Assembly (NCBI GenBank): GCA_964016885.1 | Contig: OZ024761.1 | Span: forward strand, 15,314,001-15,378,000 | Direction of reading: 5' to 3' | DNA: 64,000 nucleotides | Origin: Eledone cirrhosa | Lineage: Eukaryota | Part shown: positions 1-14,533 of the stretch, piece after piece | How the letters are laid out: the number at the start of each line of letters is the position of its first letter | How positions within the stretch are numbered: position 1 is the stretch's first letter | The notes under the pieces: generated by a model | Seen by the model: the letters and a program-made list of their open reading frames with translations, nothing else | Database searches by the model: none | What the model was told of the DNA's origin: nothing | Made by a program: the position numbers and the translations under genes

Positions 1-258
1 ATTTGTGTTTTCATCAGATAAAACAGGAGGACATGATATGAAGGCTAAAAAACACTTACATATATGTATATATATATGTGTATATATATATATATATATA
101 TGTGTATATATATATATATATGTATGTATACATATATTTATATGTATGTATACATATATTTATATGTATGTATATATATATTTATATGTATGTATATATA
201 TATTAATATGTATGTATATATATATTAATATGTATGTATATATATATTTATATGTATG

Positions 259-366
<108 letters not shown>

Positions 367-434
367 TTGTGTATATATATATATATATATATTTATATAT
401 TTGTATATATATATATATATGTATATATGTATAT

Positions 435-1024
435 ATCACCTTGATCACCTTGACCGACCAGTCTGTCGGGCGTCCATTCGGCGCCGCTGGTCACAGCGCG
501 CCATCCATTCCTCTCTGGATCGTGCTTTCCTCGTCCATGTAGTCCCAATCGTATTCCTAAAATCATAACTCCAGCCTTGCGGAGGCCTTCCGAGTGGTCG
601 TTTCCGCTCACGCAGGTACCACTCGGCAACTGCGCGGGTCCACCGATTATCAGTGAACCGGGTGACGTGTCCAGCCCATCTGAACTTGCTGCGCATATAT
701 TTCGCGATGACATCCCTCTGCTGTCATCACCCGTACGAGTGCCGGTCGAGAAGGGAGTGAAGCAAGGAGATACGATCTCACCAAAACTTTTCACCGCGTG
801 TCTCGAGCAGATCATCAGAGGCATTGACTGGCAAGGCGAGTGTCAAGGTGTCAACATCAACGGCGAGATACTTACCCACCTCCGTTTCGCTGATGACATT
901 GTACTCATCACTGAAACCACGGATCAGCTTCAGACCATGCTGACGGAGCTCGACATCAAAAGCTCTGCAGTAGGCCTCAAGATGAACCGCATGAAAAGGA
1001 AGTTCATGCGGTCCAACAACGTAC
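435..1024. mobile_element. Truncated RTE-clade LINE with 5' inversion (3' end on minus ~435-714; RT segment on plus ~715-1024)
   Basis: RWAGHV...GRP C-terminus on minus; [10 protein letters not shown] and LRFADD on plus; inside (TA)n. Confidence 0.85.
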
Positions 1025-1045
1025 CAATATATATATCTATATATA

Positions 1046-1086
<41 letters not shown>

Positions 1087-1418
1087 ATATATATATCTAT
1101 ATATATATATATATCTATATATCTATCTATATATATATATATATATATCTATATATCTATATATCTATATCTATATATATATATATCTATATATATATAT
1201 ATCTATATATATATCTATCTATATATATATCTATATATATATATATCTATATATATATCTATATATATATATATCTATATATATATCTATATATATATAT
1301 ATATCTATATATATATATATCTATATATATATATATATATATATATATCTATATATATATATATATGTATATATGTATATACATATATATACATTTATAG
1401 AAAGAGAGAGAAAGAGAG

Positions 1419-1453
<35 letters not shown>

Positions 1454-1494
1454 GAGAAAGGAAGAGAAACAAAAAGAGAGAAAGAGACACGAAC

Positions 1495-1656
1495 CTTCAA
1501 GTCTCGACTTAATTTATTCAATTTCCGTGATACATTCACACACAGATTTTCTATCTCTTCCGTCTGGATCTCTGTAAACTTGGACACTTTCCAGATATTC
1601 CAATTCATTTCCCAATCTCTGGCTATTCCCCAAATTGTTTCAATAAATTCCAGCTC
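1495..1656 (-). CDS. DNAH2: Coding exon 24 (ELEFIETIW...RDLK)
   Basis: AG/GTTCGT ends, IARDWE motif. Confidence 0.92.
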
Positions 1657-4580
1657 CTGTGAATAAAAATATACAAAACATACACACAAGTATTTGTGTG
1701 TGTGCATATATATATACATATGTGTATATATATATACTTCACTATCCAGGAAAAACTTGAACCGTTAAGGTATTTTTCTTGGTTATGTCAATATTTATAA
1801 AACAAACTTTGTATTTTATCTGATGAAAGCGTACCAAAGTTTTGGTACCCTTGAAATATATATAATAGAATAAATATGGTTTTATAAATATAGTTTCCAT
1901 TTATTTAATATCATTGAATATATATGGAGGCACATGGCTTAGTGGTTAGAGCATTGGCCTTGCAATCGAAAGGTTGTGAGTTCAATTCTCAGACCGGGTG
2001 ATGTGTTGTTTCCTTGAGCAAGACACTTTATTTCACATTGCTCCAGTTTACTCAGCTGTAGAAATGAGATGATAGGGACTGGGGGTCCATATCATTCCAC
2101 TGCAAAGTGGTCGTGGAGGTGCCACGGCAAAAAAGCACCCAGCACTCACTGTACATGAGGTTGGTGTTAGGAAGGGCATCCAGCTGTAGAAATCAAGCCA
2201 GAATCAGTTCCCATCCCACCCTTGCAAGCAGGGAAAAAGCGGACGTAAAATGAAATGATGAAACAGGAGCCCTTCAAAATGTATAAATTTAGAACCGGTT
2301 TTAACATAAATAGAAAAAAGACAAACCTTTTCTAGCAACATAATTTCTTTAGATGGAGGAAGATCAACTTTGAACATGTTCAAGCCACTTCGTAAAACTT
2401 GTTCTTGGGACTTCAGAAGGACAATGTTTTCTCTGAATACTGCTAGAGTTTCTAAGGCAGTTTCACAGCTGATTTCAGAAGAAAATGGTCCTTTCTGTTG
2501 GAAGTCTTCCAGTAAATGGGTTACTTGTTTTTTGAAAACCTCCGACTGACCCATCAAACTGGACTTGAATTGTTCCTGAAACAGATTTGGATATATAATC
2601 AGTGGAGATATAATGTTATATTTAGCAAGGGTCATGTTGTAATATTGCCAGAAATATATAATAATACACACTCACTGTTTGGTTTCGGTTGGTTTTCACT
2701 TCAGTATATTTTATATTTCTATAATTAATTTAGCTGGCAATCATTGTTTATCATTGATTGACCAACAGTTGAAAATATAGATATAAATATAGTCTTTCAG
2801 AGACAGACTATTTATTTATTTATTTATTTAATCAATTTAAACGTCTGTTTAGAGCTAGTAAGCCATGACAGACTAGGGAAGTATCAAGTACTCCTTACAG
2901 TTCGTAATCAAAAAATCATATATTTAATGATGATGATGATGAATAGATGATGATGGTGATGCTGATTATAATGAATGGATGATGATGATGATGATGATGA
3001 TAAATAGATGAAGATGATTATGATAACGAATAGATGATGATGATGATGATATAGTATATTTATAAAGCACACATGTTTAAATGTCCATCTTCTTCCATTC
3101 AGAGGGCTTATATGCCCCGTTATTATAAGACTGTTTTACTTAGTCAAAGTTACAGCGAGATATTCTCATTCAAGTTTTTATATATACATATGTATGTATA
3201 TATATATATGTGTGCATGTGAGGGTGTGTGTGTGTGTGTGTATATCTGTATATATATAAATCTGAAAATTTCTGTATGTATGTGTATATGTGTGTCGACC
3301 TTTTTTAATGAGGGCTCATATATTCTAAACCATTCATGCGATTTCTTTGAAATCTTTTACAGAGCTTCTCCTTGCACAACACCTGTACATGATCTACAAA
3401 GGCTTTCAAAAATCGATATTGGGGCCTTTGGAGACATTAAAAAAGTTTCGGTTATTTGTGTGGATTTTCGTGATTAAGTAAGACAAGAGTTATCTTTCGT
3501 AATTAGCCTCATTCGGGTTTTAATTTAATATTTCTACTTGAAACAAAGATAATAACAATATCATTTCGTATATTTCACAACCAGCAATTTCTAACAGATT
3601 ACTAAGTTACAAGCTTCATGTTCATTTTAACTGATCTCATATCTTTTCTCCTAAACTTTTACAATATTATGCTTAAATTTATCTAAAGGATGGTTTATAC
3701 ATCAAAGAATTACAATTATTCTATTTTTCCTCATTGATTAGACTACGTTTCTGACACACATTAATTATTTCGCTGGAATAGTGCCTAAGGTTTTCATGTT
3801 TACATAAAGTACGTTTTTCTTCTATGTATTCAAATTTATTCGTAATGAGCTACATCGAAAGCTACTTGAACTGTCCAAAGGACGGGTAGTTTAGCTTATA
3901 TATATATATTTATATATATCATCATTCATCATTTCATTTTACGTCCGCTTTTTCCCTGCTTGCAAGGGTGGGACGGGAACTGATTCTGGCTTGATTTCTA
4001 CAGCTGGATGCCCTTCCTAACACCAACCTCATTTACAGTGAGTGCTGGGTGCTTTTTTGCCGTGGCGCCTACACGACCACTTTGCAGTGGAATGATAGGG
4101 ACCCCAGTTCCTATCATCTCATTTCTACAGCTGAGTTAACTGGAGCAATGTGAAATAAAGTGTCTTGCTCAAGGAAACAACACATCACCCCGGTCTGAGA
4201 ATTGAACTCACAACCTTTCGATTGCAAGGCCATTGCTCTAACCACTAAGCCATGTGCCTCTATATATATATATATATTTAAAGGTTAAACAAGGTTCAAT
4301 GAATAAATCAAAGAATGAGTTTTACAATAGATTGTAACCCTCTGTATTATATGTAAATTTTTTCAAGTCTCAATCTTAAGGTATATAAATATTGAGTTTT
4401 GTCATATCTTATTCACTACCATGACTGAATCTTAACCATCTACTAAGTCAGGGTATGTCATGCATCATCTTATTTTATCTGATGAGGACGTACTGTTGAA
4501 GATAGCTCAGTACCTCTGAAATATGTATAATAAAATATACTTGATCACACGAATGTCTATTTTTGTTAATATTTTAAATT

Positions 4581-4612
<32 letters not shown>

Positions 4613-7600
4613 TATATTACCCACTCTACTACCCTAAGTATTGAGTACTCTGGTGTGTTATGGTCCACCTGGTATCTTACCACACCTTCTATTTTAAGGG
4701 CATCCAGCTGTAGAAACCGAGCCAAAATCAGTCCTGAATGAGCAACATGTGGTCACCTGACCTGGCATTGCCCACAACAGGACAACCTGTCTAACCCATG
4801 CTAGCATGGAAACATTGACGTAAAACGGTTCTGATGATGTATACGGTAAACTTGGCTGATGTTAGGAAGGGCATTCAGCCGTAAAATACCCAGCCAAATT
4901 TACGGTCCTTGCTGGAGCAATGTACGACACATGGCCAGCCTTGGTCAGACTTGCCTCCCGGTGTGGACGACTCGTCTAACCCATGCAAGCATGGAAAAAT
5001 TGACGTTAAACAGAAATAATTATGATGATGATATTTATGTATATATCCAGTCCTAAATAAATGAGGTCGTGTAGATGTCACGACAAAAAAACACCCAGTC
5101 CACTCTGTAATGTGGCCGTGTAGGTAACACGGTAAACAGTTCCCAGTGCACACTGTAAACGTGGTTGGTGTTAGGAAGGGCATCCAGCCGTAGAAAACCT
5201 GCCAGACAGTCCTATACAAGCAAGACAACCAATCTCGCCTCAAGTGGGACAATTCCCGTCTAAACCCATGCTAGCGTGGAAGATAGACGTTAAACGATGA
5301 TGATGATGATGATGATATATATTGATGAAGTTAAAGTATCAACTATAATCTCACTTGCACACATTACTCAATGAACTATGGAATGAAATTGTAAGGAACA
5401 AATCCTGTCTCAGACTGCTTAACCCTTTAGCTTTTAAACCAGCTGTATCTGGCTAGAATTCTCTCCCCCCTTTCTGTTCAAACCGGCTATAACTAGCCAC
5501 CCATACTGATGTTAAGGTATTGTTCTCAAAATATATAATATCAAAATCTCATAGATTCAATATCATGTGAGATAATTATGTAAGATAACGCCTTTACCAC
5601 AAAAATACAATAGTAAATATAGAGTAATGTAAATGGTAGAGGGTTAAATATAGAGTAATGTAAATGCTAAAGGGTTAAAGGCAAAGTTGACCTTGAGAGG
5701 ATTTGAACCTCCAGAGCAGAGAGAGGGGGGCACAAACACAACAAAGCATTCTATGCCATCTTCTAACGACTCTGCCAATTTACAACCTTGTTGATGATGA
5801 TGATGGCGATGATGGTGGTGGTGGTGGTGGTGATAATGATGATGGTGGTAATGATGATGATGGTGGTAATGGTGATGATGGTGGTAATGATGATGATGGT
5901 GGTGATGGTGATGATGGTGGTAATGATGATGATGGTGGTGATGATGATGATGGTGGTGGTGGTGGTGATGATGGTGATGATGATGATGGTGATGGTGATG
6001 GTGATGGTGATAATGGTGGTAATGATAATGGTGGTGGTAATGATGATGATGATGATGATAGTGATGATGATGGTGATAATGATGGTGATGATGGTGATGA
6101 TGATGATGATGGTAATGATGATGATGATGATGATGAAGAAGAAATATAAATCAATGAATATGACTTAATACCTTTGATCTTCTCAATAGATAATCACTGG
6201 TCTCTATGGTGTGTTTAAAGTTGTTCCACTGGTCTTTTAGTTCAAGTAACATGGTGTTTGACTGGACAACAACAACAATATGAAGATCATTTACAATGGT
6301 AATAACAATGGTTTCTAGTATAGGCACAAGGCCAGTAATTTGGGGGTGGGGTGGGGGTGAAGCCGATAGAATCAACACCAGTACATGACTGGTGCTTTAT
6401 TTTATCAACCTCGTAAGGATGAAAGGCAAACAACATCATAACAACAACATAACAACAACAATAACAACAACATCATAACAACAACATCATAACATCGTAA
6501 CAATAACAACAACAATAACATCATAACAACAACAATAACAACAACATCATAACAACAACAACAACATCATAACAACAACATCGTAACAATAACAACATCA
6601 TAACAACAACAATAACAATAACAACATCATAACAACATAACAACAATAACGACATCATAACAACAACATCATAACAACAACAATAACAACAACATCGTAA
6701 CAATAACAACAACATAACAACAACAACAACAACATCGTAACAACAACAACAACAACATCGTAACAACAACAACAACAACAATCTCTCACCTCTTCTGAAA
6801 TTCGGACTTCGTATTTGTTGAGGATTGCAAACTGCTCCATCAGGGGCTGGAAGCGGGCCTCAATATTGGTCTGTTCAGAATTTAACTCATCCCACAGCTT
6901 CAGGCTGTCCTTCAGTTCATCCAGTGTTTGTGGGGTCTGGCATACCCTAGAAATATATAGTAGGGTTAATAAAGGCATAGCATACCCTGGAAATATATGA
7001 CAGGGTTAACAGGGAACTTGCATACCCTAGAAAAATATAGTAGGGTTAATAAAGGCTTAGCATACCCTGGAAATATATGACAGGGTCAACAGGGATCTTG
7101 CATACCCTAGAAATATATAGTAGGGTTACCCTGAGGCCTAGCATACCCTGGAAATATATGACAGGGAGGGAACTTGCATACCCTAGAAATATATAGTAGG
7201 GTTAACACGAGACCTAGCATACCCTAGAAATATATAGTAGGGTTAACATGAAGCCTAGCATACCCTGGAAATATATGACACACACACACACAGACACACA
7301 CACACACATACACACACAGACACACACACACCACAGACACACACACACCACAGACACACCACAACACGCACAACACACACAGTGCCCAAAATTCAAGAGA
7401 ATAAATTAAAATAAAGAAAAAAAAACATGAAAAGACAAACAAAGAGACAGAAAATTCCGTACTTTTCCGAGTTAACTTTGATGTAAGAATCGAGGGTTTT
7501 GAGTTCCGTGGTGGCCAGTTCCAAGAGAAGACCGGTGAGTTTATTCTGCCACTCTTGGCAATGACCTTGGATAGCCGCCTTCAACGGGGTGCAGTTGAGA

Positions 7601-8697
7601 ACTACAAAGTCTATATTCATAACCGTCTCCTTTGACTGGATGTTGTTTGCCTTTTCAGTGTACCTGTTATAGAGACAGACGGTCAGATAGTCAGACAGTT
7701 GGTTTTTAAGACCTGTTGTCATAGAGATGGAGGGTCAGACAGATGAACAGATGGATATTCAGACAGTTAGTTTTTAAGACATGTTGTCATAGAGATGGAG
7801 GGTCGGACAGATGAACAGATGGATATTCAGACAGTTAGTTTTTAAGACATGTTGTCATAGAGATGGAGGGTCGGACAGATGAACAGATGGATATTCAGAC
7901 AGTTAGTTTTTAAGACATGTTGTCATAGAGATGGAGGGTCGGACAGATGAACAGATGGATATTCAGACAGTTAGTTTTTAAGACATGTTGTCGTGGAGAT
8001 GGAGGTCGGACAGATAGTTAGTTGTTAAGACATACTGTCATGGAGATGGAGGGATGGACAGACGGATATTCAGACAGTTAGTTTTTAAGACATGTTGTCA
8101 TGGAGATGGAGGGTCGGACAGACCAATGGATGGACAGACAGTTAGTTGTTAAGACGTGTTGTCATGGAGATGGAAGGTCGGACAGATAGTTAGTTTTTAA
8201 GACGTGTTGCCATGGAGATGGAAGGTCAGACAGACCAACAGATGGATAGATAGATAGTCAGACAGTTAATTTTTAAGATGTGTTGTCATGGAGATGGAGG
8301 GTCGGACAAATGGACAATCAGACAGACAGTTTTTAAGACGTGTTGTCAGAAGGAAGAATGAGAAATAAGATAGATTGAAGGGACGGATTGGGTGGAATTG
8401 GAAAAAATGTCTTTCGATAAAAATAACAGGTCCATTCATGTTGACATCTCATATATATATATATATGTGTGTATGTATGTATGTATATATATATATAAAA
8501 AGTGAACACACTGTATCTATATATATATATATTTATTTATTAAAATAACAGATTAAAGTTTAAGGGTGAAAGCAGCAATTCTTTGCTTAAACTTTAATCT
8601 GTTATTTTAATAAATATTTGCTCTACGGTTCTTATATATTTGATATATATTTATCCTTATCGAGCCCTCTTTGGATTTTAGTTTTCAAATTTATTAT

Positions 8698-8740
<43 letters not shown>

Positions 8741-9093
8741 TATAGTAATAATAATAAATTTGAAGACTAAAATCCAAAGAGGGCTCGATAAGGATAAATA
8801 TATATCAAATATATAAGAACCGTAGAGCAAATATTTATTAAAATAACAGATTAAAGTTTAAGCAAAGAATCGCTGCTTTCACCCTTAATGACGTATTATA
8901 TTCGTTTTTTCCCGTTCTTTGCCAGCGAACGTTACCACGAACCAAAGTACCGTCTTCCTGTCTTCCTCCGGTTGCAACGTTTTTTTAAATATCCAGTTCT
9001 GCGTTTACAGATTGACTTTGTTAGTTTCAGAAGATCCCGCTAAGGGTGAAAGCAGCGATTCTTTGCTTAAACTTTAATCTGTTATTTTAATAA

Positions 9094-9125
<32 letters not shown>

Positions 9126-10508
9126 ATACAGTGTGTTCGCTTTTTATGCGCAGATGTGTTCATGAATGCACCACATAAAATAAATTCTCGTAATTCGAAA
9201 TCTAATTTTCCCCTTAAAAAAAAAATTAAAAACCACATGCGTTATAGCGCATTATTCGCACAACGTGAATATTTAATAGTACTTTTTCAAGAGGCGTTAA
9301 AGCAAATTTGTGTACTTCAAGTTGGTGCAAGATGGTGCAGTAAAGGAAGACTGAAGAAGAACTAGAAGGAAATGGTGAGCGTGGATCAGAAAATGCTGAG
9401 CCTTACAGAGGAAATGACAGTCAGGGGCTCTGACTGAGTACCATTGACCCCTAAAACCCATGCTAGCAGGAAAGATAGACATTGAATGATGGTATGGTGA
9501 TAGTGGTATTGATGATGATGGTGGTGGTGATGATGTTGCTGCTGCTATATATATATACAAGATACAAGAGATAGCAACATGAATGGACCTGTTATTTTTA
9601 TCTAAAGACATTTTTTTCCAATCTCTTCAATCTTTCTTATTTCTCATTCTTTCTTCTGATGAAGGACTAGCGTTAAACCCTTCTTCCTGCTATTTCAAGC
9701 GCTAACCTAATATATTCCTTCCATATACTGTACCGATTGTGTTATTTCTGTTTACCTTTTATATATATATATATACTGGTTGGGTAGTAGAGGGCAAACA
9801 AGGCAGTGTTGCATCGTATGGTCCTCCTCTCTGCATTCGCAGATGGTTGGGTCCCGGTCTTGTAGCCCCATCTGGCCATAGCAGCTTTTGATCGCCCCAT
9901 TCCTGATCTCAGGCAGTTGAGTGTCTTCCACTGGACCCATGGTGCTTCTGAGCCAGGAGGGAGGGTTTCAGAAGGGGGGGGGGGTCCCATGTCAATAGGA
10001 GGGGAGTCATTCTCTAGTACTTGCTGTAAATGAGGTTGGCATTAGGAAGGGCATCCAGCTGTAGAAACCAAGCCAAAATCAATTCTGTATGATAAAGACA
10101 TGGTCACCTGACCTAGCATTAGCCCCAACAGGACAACTCATCTGACCCATGCTAGTGTGGAAAATGGACGTAAAACGGTGGTGATGATGATGATGATTCA
10201 AAAATAAATAAAATATCTATATCACCTGGCAATATCCCCATCAAACTTTGATACTGAGGGGTTAGATTTCTTGTATCTTGTTATGAAAGACTCTTTATCA
10301 ATCTCCCAAAGGACCTTCTCTTCTTCCCATGTATTGCGATAGTTCAAAAGTTTTGTGGCATTGGTCTTCATCCCTTGTGAAATAAGGGCACGGATCTTCA
10401 TGATTTCATCATTGGAAGCAATCTCATCACTGATAGCCTGCAAGGGAAACGGGTAAAATGATAAGACATACACACACACATATATATATACATATATATA
10501 TTATATAT

Positions 10509-10553
<45 letters not shown>

Positions 10554-10674
10554 TATATATATATATACACATATATATATATACACACACATATATATAT
10601 ATACACATATATATACACATATATATATACACATATATATATACATATATATATATATACATATATATATATAC

Positions 10675-10705
<31 letters not shown>

Positions 10706-10844
10706 CATATATATACATATATATATATATATATACATATATATACATATATATATATATATACATATATATACATATATATATATACATATATATATAT
10801 ATACATATATATACATATATATATATACATATATATATATATAC

Positions 10845-10907
<63 letters not shown>

Positions 10908-10908
10908 C

Positions 10909-10969
<61 letters not shown>

Positions 10970-13754
10970 CATATATATATATACACATATATATATACAT
11001 ATATATATACATATATATATATACATATATATATATACACATATATATATACATATATATATACATATATATATATATATACATATATATACATATATAT
11101 ATATACATATATATATTGATGCTTTCGACAGTAAGGAAGAACATTTAGAGTCGGACAATATAGAGGGAGAGTGGGAATTTCTGAAAGCAAACCTGCTGTT
11201 GGCGACAGACGAGGTCTGTGGCTGGAGCAGGCCTGTAGGCAGGAGGAGAGTAACATGGTGGTGGAACAGTAAGGTGGAGGGGTCAATTAAGGCCAAAAAG
11301 CAGGCTTGGAAAGTATGGCGGGATGGGGGAAGTAGAGAGGACTATCAAGTGGCCAGGAGGGAAGCTAGGAGACAAGTGTACTTAGCAAGAAGGGAAGCTG
11401 AGGAAAGAAAGTTCAAGCATGTTCTACAACGCGATGACCAAAAACGTGAGGTGTTCAGGATTGCTAGGCAATGCGTCAAGGAAAACCGTGATATTGTCGG
11501 GGAGAAGTGTGTACTAAACGACGATGGCACACTTGCCATCACCGACGCTGATAAGAAGGTAGCTTGGAAGTGTCACTATGAAAGGCTACTAAATGAGGAG
11601 AATAATTGGGAGAAAGGCAGTCTCCCCCATATCGACCCAATAGAGGGACCAGCAGTGTTAGTCGAGGGGAGTATAATAAGTAAGGCAATCAAGGATATGA
11701 AGACTGGTAAGGCGGCTGGGCCTTCGGAAATAGTTGCTGAGATGCTGAAGGCATCTGGCACGGTGGGACACACCATGGTCACCCGCATAGTTAACCAAGT
11801 CGTACAGAATGGGGTTGTTCCGAAGGACTGGCATAGCAGCATCATCGTTAACTGTTATAAGGGTAAAGGAGACGCCCTAGATAGGAGTAACTATAGAGGC
11901 ATTAAATTAATCGACCAGGTCATGAAGGTCACGGAAAAAGTAATAGCGCAACTAATCAGAGAGAGAATTGACCTAGATGAAATGCAGTTCGGGTTTGTGT
12001 CAGGCAAAAGTACCACAGACGCTCTTTTCATAGTACGACAACTACAGGAGAAGTACCTAGCTAAAGGTAAACCCCTCTACTTAGCTTTTGTCGACTTGGA
12101 GAAAGCCTTCGACAGAGTCCCCCGCTCCATTATCTGGTGGGCTCTTAGAAAACTAGGCGTTGACGAATGGCTTGTGAGGGCTATACAAGCCATGTATAAA
12201 GAAACAGTCAGCAAGGTTAGAATTAACAACGAATATAGTGAAGAGTTTAGCGTAAAAGTTGGCGTCCATCAGGGCTCTGTTCTCAGTCCACTACTATTTA
12301 TTATTGCCCTTCAGGCTATAACAGAGGAGTTCAAGACAGGCTGCCCATGGGAACTCCTATACGCAGACGACCTGACACTCATAGCGGAATCAATGGCCGA
12401 GCTAGAGAAGAAATTCCAAACATGGAAGCACGGCCTAGAGTCAAAAGGACTTAAAATTAACCTGGCTAAGACCAAAGTACTAGTTTGTAGGAAAGAAAAC
12501 AAGGCGGCGGTCCCTTCTGGGAAATGGTCGTGCTCGGTGTGTAGGAAAGGCGTAGGTAGAAACTCCATTTTATGTCCTAAATGCAAAGTATGGGTGCATA
12601 AAAGATGTAGTGGGATCACAGGTAAGCTAACTAAGAACATAGATTTTACATGTGGCCGGTGCTCTGGTGCAATAAGTAGCAGCAAGTGCCCACAAACTAC
12701 TAGCTCTTTCAATTGCGCAGAGGGTTCTATAGAAATAGTGGACAGCTTCCGTTACCTGGGCGATAAAATCAGCAGTGGGGGAGGGTGCTCTGAAAGTACT
12801 GTAGCTAGAGTCAGAACTGGTTGGAAAAAGTTCAGAGAGCTTATACCACTATTAGCTGCTAAAGGGTTCTCACTAAAAATGAAAGGCAGGTTGTACGATG
12901 CCTGCATACGAACAGCAATGCTGCATGGCAGTGAGACCTGGGCATTGTGTGCAGAGGATATACGCAGACTAGAGAGGAACGAAGCTTGCATGCTCCGCTG
13001 GATGTGTAACAGTAATATACGTGAACGGCAAAGCATAAACGAACTAAGGAAAAAATTAGAGATAAGAGGGATCAGATGTTGTTTACTCGAGAGAAGGCTA
13101 CGTTGGTATGGACACGTGATGCGCATGAAAGTCGATAGCTGTATAACAAAGTGCAGGGCAATAAAGATAGACGGTAGTCACGGAATAGGCAGACCTAGAA
13201 AAACCTGGGACGAGCTGATAAACTCCGACATCACACACTTACACCTCTCCAAGACAATGTCACTGGACCGAGACCTTTGGCGGTACTCAGTAACAGAGAA
13301 GACCCGCCTTACCTAAATATATAGTAAAACCTACTCCAGCCAGTAGGCATCTCTAACAAAATACACCCCGTCCCACCACCACCACCCCATCCACACCACC
13401 CCGTTCTATGTAAAGTTATGTTGGTGCCGCGCCATCGAGGCCGAAACAAATGAGATCGTGTAGGTGTCACGACAAAAAAACACACAGTCCACGCTGTAAT
13501 GTGGCCGTGTAGGCAACACGGTAAAAACCTCCCAGACCCACACTGTAAATGTGGTTGGTGTTAGGAAGGGCATCCAACTGTAGAAAACCTGCCAGACAGT
13601 CCTATGCGAGCAAGACAATCACTCTTGCCTCAAGTGGGACTACCCCCGTCCAAACCCATGCAAGCGTGGAACACGGACGTTAAACGTTGATGATGATGAT
13701 GATGATGATGATATATACATATATACATATATATATATACATATATATACATAC

Positions 13755-13813
<59 letters not shown>

Positions 13814-14399
13814 CCTTGCAATCAAAAGGTTGTGAGTTCAATTCTCAGACCGGGTGATGTGTTGTTTCCTTGAGCAAGACACTTTATTTCACATTGCTCC
13901 AGTTTACTCAGCTGTAGAAATGAGATGATAGGGACTGAGGTCCCTATCATTCCACTCTAAAGTGGTCGTAGAGGTGCCACGTCAAAAAAAGCACCCAGCA
14001 CTCACTGTAAATGAGGTTGGTGTTAGGAAGGGCATCCAGCTGTTTACTTTATTTTATCTGGCATTACTGGTACTTTATTTTATCGACCAAGTAAAGATGA
14101 GAGACAAAGTTACCCTTGGCGGGATTTGATAATAATAATAATGCCAGCAGCTTACCAATTTCGTGACCCCTTCTTTAGGATATATTTGCACAAGTCGTTG
14201 TATCTGTTTTATTGAATTTATCATCCCTTTTCCAACAGTGTAGACCATTTTATCAAGTTTTTCAATGCTCGGGGAGAACTGGATCTGTGGACAAACAACA
14301 AAAAAACTCTTTAACTACTCTCTCTCCCTAAATCTTCCTTCTCTCTCTTAGAACTTTTAATAGGTTTTAAATCAAATTATGATGATGATGATACATATA

Positions 14400-14439
<40 letters not shown>

Positions 14440-14474
14440 CAAAAAACACTACTTAATTTTATTATGTAATTATT

Positions 14475-14533
<59 letters not shown>

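Noticed and set aside
577-1512. 311-aa ORF as an intact RT gene
   Set aside because: Chimera of antisense LINE, a partial RT segment and microsatellite
1926-2000. tRNA gene-like sequence
   Set aside because: SINE head continuing into a multicopy body; acceptor stem not convincing
5703-6168. Poly-D/G, poly-S/P and poly-M/V ORFs
   Set aside because: Trinucleotide repeat inside an intron
9650-9720. CTGATGA followed by a stem
   Set aside because: No GAAA after stem II; at best a decayed hammerhead
10458-11116. N-terminal 220 aa of the 952-aa ORF and all other [12 protein letters not shown] ORFs
   Set aside because: Translations of (TA)n and (CA)n microsatellites
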